A stretch of 64,000 bases of DNA from contig CAVRAY010000001.1 of assembly GCA_963719225.1 (NCBI GenBank), forward strand, positions 2,240,001 to 2,304,000. The letters are read 5' to 3'. The translations under genes were made by a program, and so were the position numbers. Shown here piece after piece: positions 56,170 to 64,000 of the stretch (its first letter is position 1; each line of letters opens with the position of its first letter). A model generated the notes under the pieces. It ran no database searches. It was not told where the DNA came from and was given only the letters and a program-made list of their open reading frames with translations. Source of the DNA: Thermoanaerobaculia bacterium. Lineage in GTDB: Bacteria; Acidobacteriota; Thermoanaerobaculia; UBA5066.

Positions 56170-58923
56170 CTATCTTCCGATCGCAGGCCAGTTGAGAACG
56201 ACGACGGCGGGCTGATCCTGCCGGTCGTCGGCGGACGCGACGACGAGAAAGCGACTTCCGTCCGGGGCGGGCAGGTACTGGGAACGGCTGTCGGAGATCC
56301 CGTTCTGGGGCACGCGCACCGGGAAGAGAACCTTCGGGACGCCGACCTCGACGTCCCTCTTCAGGGACAGCTCGACTGCCATGAGCTTGCGGTCGCTCGA
56401 TAGGAAATAGAGCTCCCGCCCGTCTGCGCGCCAGAGCGGCTGGTCCCCGCCGTCCTTCGAGATCTGCCATTTCCCCCCCGACGGAGGGAACCTCTGAACG
56501 TACACCTCGGCGCGGCCCGTCTCGTCGGACACATACGCGAAGAACGCGCCGTCGGGCGACGGAGAGGCGTGAGCCGTGAATGCCTGCGGCGTACCGAGGA
56601 GGTGGACCGGCTTGCGCTCTCCGCGGAGCGGCAGCCTCCAGAGGTCGGAGCGGCCGCTTTCGTTCGGGCTTTCGTAAACGAGCCAGGCCCCGTCCGGCGA
56701 GATGAAGTCGCCGTAGTTGTCGAGCGAAGTGCCAAGGACCGGTTCGTCTCCGCCCGAGCCGTCCAGGGGGCGCCTGAAGAGGCCCATGCGCCCCTGACGG
56801 TTCGAGGAGAAATAGAGGAACTTGCCGTCCGGTGACGCCATCCCCGTGTTGTTGGCCTTGGGCCCGAACGTGAGCCGGGTCCACGTGCCGCGCACGAGGT
56901 CGATCTGCCAGAGGTCCGGAAGATCGGTGCGCTTGTCCGTCACGGCGATCCCGAGGCGCTGCGCGCCGAGGAACCAGAACGGTTCGAACATGACGGCGGG
57001 GTCCCCGACCGTCCCGAGGGACTTGCCCGCGCGATCGAACCACGTGAGTCTCTGCCGGGAGCTCGCCCGGCGCCTGTAGACGAGCGTGCCGTCTCCGCCG
57101 GCCGCGAAGGGCGCAAGACCCGTCCAGCCGCTTTCACCCTCGGCGACGATTCCGTCCACGACGAGCCCGGGCTCCCCGGACAGCCGGCGTCGGCCGGCGT
57201 CGAACACCTGCGCATAGAGCGAGCTCTCGCGTACGTAGAGGAGGCGGCCCGCGTCGTAGGCGGCCCATCCTCGCGTCGACACGACGAACGCGTCGTCGGT
57301 CGAGTCGAGGGAGGCGACGCGGATGCCGGTCCGAGCCGAGTCGTCGCTCAGGCAGAGGTAGAGGAAGTGGGATCCGTCCGGCAGCACCCTCGGCCAGCGG
57401 TGGGTGTAGTCCTTCGGGCCGAACGTCGTCGCCGGAACGGGGACTCCGCCCATCGCGCTGACCCGGTGGAGCGCGGTGCGGATCCCGGTGGAGAAGACGA
57501 TGACGCCTCGAGGGAGCCACGTTCCGCCGCGCCCATCCGTGACCGGGCAGATCGTCTGGGTCGGTCCCCCAGCCGCGCTCACGCGCGCGAGACGGTCGCC
57601 CGTGAAGAAGGCAATCGCGGTTCCGTCCGGGGACCAGAACGGGAACCGCGCGCCCTCGGTCTCGGCGAGAACCTGGGCGCCGATGGAGTCGAACGAGCGG
57701 ACGTAGAGCCGCTCGACGTCTTTCTCGTCCGACGCGACGAAAACGAGCCGGCGCCCGTCCGGCGAGACCGCCATCGAGTTGCCGAAGGACGTTCCCTCGG
57801 GAACCCGGACCTCGAACTGGACGGCTGGCGCGTCCCGCCGCGGGGCGCGAGCGCGCAGCGCGAGCGCCCCCGCCGCGGCCGCGCACGCTGCCGCAATCGC
57901 CCAGGGGAGAAAGAGGGAGAGAGAGTTCTTGCTCCCTCTCTCTCGACTCGCAGAAGCGCTTCGACCTACAGTGGGGCTCGGCGCCGCGGTCTTTTCTTCG
58001 AAGGGTAATAAGGGAGACGAGCTCCCGGCGCCGGCTGCGCCCAATTCCTCGAGGTCGAGGCGTGCGTCGGCGATGTCGTGCAGTCTCAGCCGTGCATCGC
58101 GCTGCAAGCACCTTCCAAGGATCTTTCTTATCGCCGCCGGCGTCTGCGCCGGCAGCGCCGCATAGTCGGGCTCTTTCGTGAGGATCGCCGCGAGCACGTC
58201 CGTCACAGTCTCCCCCTCGAAGGCGCGCTTGCCCGTCAGCATCTCGTAGAGCACGCAACCGAAGGCCCAGATGTCCGTCCGCTTGTCGAGCGCCTTACCC
58301 CGCGCCTGCTCGGGCGACATGTACGCGGCCGTCCCGAGGATCACGCCCGCCGCCGTGGCACGCGCCGTCATTGTCGGCGAGTGCGTGATGGACGGTGCGG
58401 AGCCAGGGACGGAATCCCCCTCGAGGATCTTCGCGAGGCCGAAGTCGAGGAGCTTGACCCGCCCGTCGGGCGTCAGCTTGACGTTCGCCGGCTTGAGGTC
58501 GCGGTGGACGATCCCCTTCTCGTGCGCCGTCTCCAGCGCCTCGGCGATCTGCTTCGCGTAGGAAAGAGACTCTTCGAGTGGAAGAGGGCCGGAGGAAATC
58601 CTCTGTGCGAGGTCCTCTCCCTCGACGAGCTCCATGACGAGGAGGTGACGAGTCGCAGGAGAAGAAGAAGACGAAGAGGGGATTTCTTCGAATGAGTAGA
58701 TCGCGGCAATTCCAGGATGGTTCAGCGCCGCGAGGAGCCGCGCTTCCCTCTCGAAACGCTGCCTCCTCTCTTCACCTTCAAAGAATTCTTCCGGCAGGAC
58801 CTTGATGGCGACCTCTCTCGCGAGGCGAGGGTCCCGCGCCCGGTACACCTCTCCCATCCCGCCCGCGCCGAGGGGCGAGAGCATCTCGTAGGGGCCGAGC
58901 TTCGTGCCGGGAGCGACCGTCAC
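56170..58923 (-). CDS. Ser/Thr kinase + TM + TolB/PD40 beta-propeller (array copy 3)
   Basis: Same kinase motifs; PFWSPDG, GGTW, SPDG repeats. Confidence 0.95.
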   Translation of the reverse strand: MTVAPGTKLGPYEMLSPLGAGGMGEVYRARDPRLAREVAIKVLPEEFFEGEERRQRFEREARLLAALNHPGIAAIYSFEEIPSSSSSSPATRHLLVMELVEGEDLAQRISSGPLPLEESLSYAKQIAEALETAHEKGIVHRDLKPANVKLTPDGRVKLLDFGLAKILEGDSVPGSAPSITHSPTMTARATAAGVILGTAAYMSPEQARGKALDKRTDIWAFGCVLYEMLTGKRAFEGETVTDVLAAILTKEPDYAALPAQTPAAIRKILGRCLQRDARLRLHDIADARLDLEELGAAGAGSSSPLLPFEEKTAAPSPTVGRSASASRERGSKNSLSLFLPWAIAAACAAAAGALALRARAPRRDAPAVQFEVRVPEGTSFGNSMAVSPDGRRLVFVASDEKDVERLYVRSFDSIGAQVLAETEGARFPFWSPDGTAIAFFTGDRLARVSAAGGPTQTICPVTDGRGGTWLPRGVIVFSTGIRTALHRVSAMGGVPVPATTFGPKDYTHRWPRVLPDGSHFLYLCLSDDSARTGIRVASLDSTDDAFVVSTRGWAAYDAGRLLYVRESSLYAQVFDAGRRRLSGEPGLVVDGIVAEGESGWTGLAPFAAGGDGTLVYRRRASSRQRLTWFDRAGKSLGTVGDPAVMFEPFWFLGAQRLGIAVTDKRTDLPDLWQIDLVRGTWTRLTFGPKANNTGMASPDGKFLYFSSNRQGRMGLFRRPLDGSGGDEPVLGTSLDNYGDFISPDGAWLVYESPNESGRSDLWRLPLRGERKPVHLLGTPQAFTAHASPSPDGAFFAYVSDETGRAEVYVQRFPPSGGKWQISKDGGDQPLWRADGRELYFLSSDRKLMAVELSLKRDVEVGVPKVLFPVRVPQNGISDSRSQYLPAPDGSRFLVVASADDRQDQPAVVVLNWPAIGR
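57904..58010. repeat. About 110-bp element in kinase linker, copy B
   Basis: Near-identical to 55148-55255. Confidence 0.8.
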
Positions 58924-58924
58924 G

Positions 58925-61582
58925 TCACCGTCCCAGGTCCGCGTACCAATTCAGGACGACCGTCGTCGGCGTCATCGCGTCGCGCCCCAGCGGGGCCACC
59001 GTGAGGAAACGCTTCCCGTCGGCGGTCACGAGAAAGCGGTTGCGAGCGACTCCCGAGTCGAAACGACCCTGGAAGAGCGCGTGCGGGGTTCCGGCCGTGA
59101 TGCCGCTTCCGGTCTGAATGTCGACCGCCATGAGTTTCTGATCGAGCGTTCGGTAGTACAGCTCCTTGCCGTCGACGCGCCACTGCGGCTCTCGGCCGCC
59201 CGCGGTGGAGATCTGCCACTTGCCTCCGGGGCCGGGGAAGCTCTGGACGTAGACCTCCACGCGTCCCGACTCGTTCGACTGATACGCCAGAAAACGGCCG
59301 TCCGGCGAGAACACGGCCATCAGCTCGGCAAACGGGGTCTTCAGGAACGGGACGGGCTTGCGCTCGCCGGACATGGGCATGACCCAGATGTCCCAGTTCG
59401 TGTCCTTGCCGAGACTCGAGAAGGCGAGCATTTTCCCGTCGCGACTCCAGTCGCATGCGAACTTCGTCTCGTCCGACTTGAAGATCAGCTTCTCCTCTCC
59501 CTGGCCCTCGACGGCCTTCTCGAAGAGGTCGTCGCCCACGGCGAACACCATGCGGCGGCCGTCGGGAGACCACAGGGGAACGGTCGCAGCGCCGGCGCCG
59601 AACGTGAAGCGGGAGCTGACGCCGCGCTTCAGGTCCCGGACCCAGACGTCGGTCTTGCCGCTCCGCGGATCCGCGAGATCGAACGCGAGGCGATCGTAGC
59701 CCGGGGCGAACGCCGGATTGCGGTAGTCGCCCGGGTCGCCGACCGCTTCGCCCTCCTTGCCCGAGCGGTCCACCCAGACGAGCCTGTCCCCGCGCTCACC
59801 CGTGCGATACGCGAGGGCCCCGTCGCGCGAGACCGAGAAGAGAGCGAGGCCGACGCTGTCCGTGCCGATGTGCTCGGCAAGCGGAATCGGCTCGCCCGTC
59901 GTCTTCATGGCTTTCGCGTCAAACGGCTGGGCGACGAGCGTCCGGTCGCGCACGAAGAGGAGATAGCCGGGCGGCGCATACGTGACGAGCGTCTGTGCGG
60001 GCGCGAGGAGCTTCGTCTCCGCCGAGTCGAGCGTCCCGATCCGGTAAGCGCTGTCCTCCGCCTTCTGCCCGATCGCCATGTAGAGGAAGTGCCGGCCGTC
60101 CGGAAGGAACTCAGGCCAGCCGACCTGCCCCTCCTTGCGCGAAGCGTCAGGCTTTGCGGCGACGACGAGTGTTCCCCCCGCGGCCGAGACGCGGTTGATC
60201 GGCTGCGTGCCCGTGCCGTCGAAGAGAATGACACCCTCGGAGCTCCAGGATCCGTCGGCGCCTCCCGGCGCGTCGCAGATCTTCTGCGGCGGGCCGCCCG
60301 AGACCTCGACCTTCTTGAGCTTGCCCTCCGCGAAGAACCCGAGGAACCGGCTGTCGGGCGACCAGAAAGGCCGCGTCGTGTCCTCCGTGCCGGGGAGAGG
60401 TTGCGCGGCGAGAGCGTTGAGCGGCCGGATCCAGATGCGGCTCTTGCCGGACGCGTCGGTCGCGTTGAACGCGAGGTACCGCCCGTCCGGAGAGAGACGG
60501 GGCGCGTCGATCGTCGTGAGCCCCTCCGGGTTCGCGATCTCGAACCGGACCAGCTTCGGGCGGGCGGGGGCGCGCCGGACGAAGCCCACGGCCAGGGCCG
60601 CCGCCGCGAGGGCGGCAGCCGCCGCGAGAGCCCACGCGAGCCGTTCGCGGCTCTTCCTTCTGTGGGCGACGGGGGCCGGCAGCCCGACCTGCGATCCTCC
60701 CTCCGCGATCCACTGGAGCTGCAGCTTGATGTCGTGAGCCGTCTGGAAGCGGTCCTCGGGATCCTTCGCGAGACAGGTCTTCACGACACGGTCCAGCGCC
60801 GGGGGCGTCATCGGGGCGATCGTCGAGACAGGAGCGGGCTCGTCCTTGAGGATTGCCGAGATCAGGGCGGCGTGACTCTTTCCCTCGAAGGCCTTCCGGC
60901 CCGTCGCCATCTCGTAGATCACGGCGCCGAACGAGAAGATGTCGCTTCGCGCGTCGGATTCCTTGCCCTCGAGCTGCTCCGGCGCCATGTACTGGAACGT
61001 CCCGAGGATCGTGCCCTGCTGCGTGATCGAGCGCGGCATCTCGGTTGGCAGCGACGTGGCCGAGGACGAAGACTTCACGGGCGCCGCCGCCGTCTTCGCG
61101 AGGCCGAAGTCGAGAAGCTTCACCCCGGACTTCGTCAGCATGATGTTCCCCGGCTTCAAGTCGCGGTGGATGATGCCGGCGTGGTGAGCCGCGTCGAGCG
61201 CGCCCGCGATCTCGACCGAGATCTTCAGGAGCTGCTCGGGCTCGAGCGGGCCGCGCAGGAGCCGCTCGGCGATCGTCTCACCCGCGAGGAGCTCCATGAC
61301 GAGTAGATGGCGGGAGGACGAAGAAGGAGAGGAAGAGGGGATTTCTTCGAATGAATAGAGGGTGGCGATCCCGGGATGGTTCAGGCTCGCGAGCAGCCTG
61401 GCTTCCCGCTCGAAGCGGGCCTTGTTCTCTTCACCTTCTAAGAAATCTTGCGGCAGTACCTTCACCGCAACGTCGCGTCCGAGGCGGGAGTCCCTGGCCT
61501 TATAAACCTCTCCCATCCCTCCGGCGCCGAGCGACGAGAGGATTTCGTAAGACCCGAGCCTGTTGCCGGGAGAAAGTGTCAT
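58925..61582 (-). CDS. Ser/Thr kinase + TM + TolB/PD40 beta-propeller (array copy 2); true start ATG 61582
   Basis: [32 protein letters not shown]; SPDG repeats. Confidence 0.95.
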   Translation of the reverse strand: MTLSPGNRLGSYEILSSLGAGGMGEVYKARDSRLGRDVAVKVLPQDFLEGEENKARFEREARLLASLNHPGIATLYSFEEIPSSSPSSSSRHLLVMELLAGETIAERLLRGPLEPEQLLKISVEIAGALDAAHHAGIIHRDLKPGNIMLTKSGVKLLDFGLAKTAAAPVKSSSSATSLPTEMPRSITQQGTILGTFQYMAPEQLEGKESDARSDIFSFGAVIYEMATGRKAFEGKSHAALISAILKDEPAPVSTIAPMTPPALDRVVKTCLAKDPEDRFQTAHDIKLQLQWIAEGGSQVGLPAPVAHRRKSRERLAWALAAAAALAAAALAVGFVRRAPARPKLVRFEIANPEGLTTIDAPRLSPDGRYLAFNATDASGKSRIWIRPLNALAAQPLPGTEDTTRPFWSPDSRFLGFFAEGKLKKVEVSGGPPQKICDAPGGADGSWSSEGVILFDGTGTQPINRVSAAGGTLVVAAKPDASRKEGQVGWPEFLPDGRHFLYMAIGQKAEDSAYRIGTLDSAETKLLAPAQTLVTYAPPGYLLFVRDRTLVAQPFDAKAMKTTGEPIPLAEHIGTDSVGLALFSVSRDGALAYRTGERGDRLVWVDRSGKEGEAVGDPGDYRNPAFAPGYDRLAFDLADPRSGKTDVWVRDLKRGVSSRFTFGAGAATVPLWSPDGRRMVFAVGDDLFEKAVEGQGEEKLIFKSDETKFACDWSRDGKMLAFSSLGKDTNWDIWVMPMSGERKPVPFLKTPFAELMAVFSPDGRFLAYQSNESGRVEVYVQSFPGPGGKWQISTAGGREPQWRVDGKELYYRTLDQKLMAVDIQTGSGITAGTPHALFQGRFDSGVARNRFLVTADGKRFLTVAPLGRDAMTPTTVVLNWYADLGR

Positions 61583-64000
61583 CGAGCCCCCTCCACAAGA
61601 AAAAGATGGGATGACATGCGGCGGCATGCGTACGCGTAGCTCTTGAGGTCGCCGCTGAAGACGAACGGCCCGACGTCCAGGACTCCAGTCAGGTCGGCGG
61701 GGCCGAGCGTGCGCATCGGTTCGCGCCGGCCCGTTGCGATCTCGAGCCTCTCGATGCGGGCGGGAACCTCCCCGCTGCGCGAGACGAGCATCGAACGGCC
61801 GTCTGGGCTCCACCGGATGACCTTGTCTTCGGGAGTCGCGCCCGCGACGGGCCGAGGCTCGCCTCCGTCGACTGGATAGAGGACGAGAGCGCCGCCGCTC
61901 GCCTTCACGAGGAGCAGCTGGCCGTCCGGCGACACGAACCCCTGGCTCGTTCCCTCCGGCGTCACGGGGCGGGGCTTGCCCGCTGCGACGTCCTGCACGA
62001 AGCACCGGACGGCCTTTCCCTCCTGGTGGCCGCAAACGACGATCCTCTTCCCGTCCGGGAAGAACTGCGCCCACTCGTAGCCGACGAGTCCTCCCCGCTC
62101 GAACTTGAGAGGCTCGCCAGCGCCGGTGGGATAGAGCACGAGCTGAGGGGGCGTCGTGAAAATGACGGCGAGCGCCCACTTCCCGTCACGGGACAGGTCG
62201 TTCGCGGCGCCTTCCCCGAGGCGGACGACCGGCGACCCGTCCGTCTGGCGCAGGCACACCGCGTAGTTCACGCCGACGCTCCCGCTCTCTTCCGAAAAGA
62301 GGAGCGTCCTGCCGTCTGAACTCAGAGCCGACGGGTCGGACAGGTCCAGCCACGAGAGGTCGCGCTCCCGAGTCTGGCCCGGCGCGAGGACCGGCATCTC
62401 GCGGAAGAAATCGTCCCGCGTCGTGAGCCAGCGCCCGTCCGACCGGACGTCGTGGATCGTGAGGCCTCCGGCGCTCTCGAGCGCGACTCGCCGCGTGCCC
62501 GCGAGGGTGACTCCGTAGACGCGGAAGTTGTTGTAGGCGTTTCCCGCGGAGAACATGACCTCGTCTCCCGACGGGGACCAGGCCAGTCCCTCCTCGCCCC
62601 AGTAGCCTTCCGAGAGGATCGTCTTCTTCCCGGCGAGGTCCACGACGACGACTTCTCCGCGGTCGTCGAACCGGAACGGATGCTGGAAGAAAGCGATCCG
62701 GTCCCCGCGCGGAGAGAACCGGGGATTGCTGAAGTAGCCGCCCGTCTCGGCGAGGACCTTGCCGGTCGGGTACTCCAGACGGTCCTTGCCCCCGAAGTCC
62801 CGGATCAACGCCAGGTTCGCGCCGTCGGGGGACCAGTCGGCCTCGCGCACACCGTCGAGGACGTCCCTCGGCGCGCCGCCCTCCAGCGGCATCCGCGCGA
62901 GGGTGCCTTCATAGAGGCTGTGACCCTTGTACCGGACGCGGGTGAGCACCGCCAGCTCTCCCTTCGATGAAATCGAAAGCAGGTGTCCGGCGAGCAGGGA
63001 GCGCGGGCTCGCGCCCGGGTAGTCCGCTCGAAGCGAGAAGATCTCCGGCGTGTTCCCGGACGGGGCCGCGCTATAGACGACCGTCTTTCCGTCCGGGGCG
63101 AGCCGGGCGTTGAAGATCGGCTCCTGCCGAAACGTGAGCTGCGCGAAGGACGGGACGGCGACGATCGAGCGCTTTCCCTTCCACAGCCCGACGCCAAACG
63201 ACGCCGCGGCAGCGAGGACGCCGACTGCAATCGCGGCGGCGGGAACCCAGCGACGGACGCTCCGCGTCGACGCAAGCGCGGCGGCCCGGCCGGACGCGGA
63301 GCTCCCGCCCAGCGCTTCGAGGTCGTACGCGAGGTCGCGAGCCGACTGGAACCGTTCCGCCGGGTTCTTCTCGAGGCAATGCCGGACGAGTCGGTCGAGC
63401 TCGGGCGGGATTTTCGCGCCCGAGACGTCCGGGTCGGGCGGCTCCTCCTTGAGGATCGCGTTCATCGTCTCGATCGCCGAGTCGCCCTTGAACGCGCGCC
63501 GGCCCGTCAGCATCTCGAAAAGGACGCAGCCGAACGCGAAGATGTCCGACCGGGCGTCGGCCGGCAGCCCTCTCACCTGCTCGGGCGCCATGTACCCGAC
63601 GGTCCCGAGGAGCGTCCCGGGATCCGTGGCCTTCGCGAGCGTCGGCGAGTTCGTGTCCTCGCCGGCCGTGACCGCGCGTTGCTTCGCGAGACCGAAGTCC
63701 AGGATCTTCGCGCGTCCGTCCTTCGTGAGGACGACGTTTTCGGGCTTGAGGTCCCTGTGAACGATTCCGCTCTCATGCGCCGCCGCGAGGCCGCGCGCGA
63801 TCTGCGCTCCGAGCTCCACGGCCTTGCGCAGAGGCAGGGCCCCCGCGGTGATCCGCTCGCGGAGCGTCTCCCCGTCCACGAGCTCCATCACGAGGAGGTG
63901 CCGGGGAGGAGAACCGGGGATTTCTTCGATTGAATAGATCGCCGCAATGTTCGGATGGTTCAGTGCCGCGACCAGCTTCGCTTCTCGCTCGAAGCGCGCC
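61579..64000 (-). CDS. Ser/Thr kinase + TM + beta-propeller (array copy 1; 5' end outside window)
   Basis: Reading frame continues past 63891 to the window end ([25 protein letters not shown]); [17 protein letters not shown]; WSPDG repeats. Confidence 0.93.
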   Translation of the reverse strand, partial: ARFEREAKLVAALNHPNIAAIYSIEEIPGSPPRHLLVMELVDGETLRERITAGALPLRKAVELGAQIARGLAAAHESGIVHRDLKPENVVLTKDGRAKILDFGLAKQRAVTAGEDTNSPTLAKATDPGTLLGTVGYMAPEQVRGLPADARSDIFAFGCVLFEMLTGRRAFKGDSAIETMNAILKEEPPDPDVSGAKIPPELDRLVRHCLEKNPAERFQSARDLAYDLEALGGSSASGRAAALASTRSVRRWVPAAAIAVGVLAAAASFGVGLWKGKRSIVAVPSFAQLTFRQEPIFNARLAPDGKTVVYSAAPSGNTPEIFSLRADYPGASPRSLLAGHLLSISSKGELAVLTRVRYKGHSLYEGTLARMPLEGGAPRDVLDGVREADWSPDGANLALIRDFGGKDRLEYPTGKVLAETGGYFSNPRFSPRGDRIAFFQHPFRFDDRGEVVVVDLAGKKTILSEGYWGEEGLAWSPSGDEVMFSAGNAYNNFRVYGVTLAGTRRVALESAGGLTIHDVRSDGRWLTTRDDFFREMPVLAPGQTRERDLSWLDLSDPSALSSDGRTLLFSEESGSVGVNYAVCLRQTDGSPVVRLGEGAANDLSRDGKWALAVIFTTPPQLVLYPTGAGEPLKFERGGLVGYEWAQFFPDGKRIVVCGHQEGKAVRCFVQDVAAGKPRPVTPEGTSQGFVSPDGQLLLVKASGGALVLYPVDGGEPRPVAGATPEDKVIRWSPDGRSMLVSRSGEVPARIERLEIATGRREPMRTLGPADLTGVLDVGPFVFSGDLKSYAYACRRMSSHLFLVEGAR

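Noticed and set aside
58925-62179. 1084-aa kinase ORF with a long N-extension
   Set aside because: The extension overlaps the upstream kinase in another frame; the canonical start [10 protein letters not shown] is at 61582.

Overview
High-GC bacterial chromosomal window (about 69-70% GC by eye). The gene content (many Hanks-type Ser/Thr kinase sensors, an acidobacterial VWFA protein, a Thermoanaerobaculia-style secreted protein) suggests Acidobacteriota; this is inferred, not tested. Left to right it holds: an EamA transporter, a REC-GGDEF*-EAL regulator, acyP-pcm-surE-PTPS, a purine catabolism cluster (allB, allantoicase-OHCU decarboxylase fusion, uraH, puuD lacking its cytochrome c domain), a VapBC toxin-antitoxin pair, a CitE-like lyase, a B12 radical SAM enzyme and a sugar ABC transporter. 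These are followed by a GT-C/TPR protein, a Ku-less DNA repair set (FEN-like nuclease, LigC, Prim-Pol), a VOC/DoxX/YciI cluster, several frameshifted or deletion-scarred pseudogenes, an ECF sigma plus kinase pair, a MauG-like di-heme protein, an RND pump, a DEAH helicase and a tandem array of at least four kinase/beta-propeller genes. No rRNA, tRNA, CRISPR array, transposase or integrase was seen. The most unusual signal is a dispersed, AT-rich, pyrimidine-flanked motif (core TTC[G/T]AAGAA, about 18 copies found by eye). It sits inside unrelated coding sequences on both strands and in different reading frames, often as outward-facing pairs, and coincides with Ser/Glu/Lys-rich in-frame insertions that appear to distort otherwise conserved proteins.
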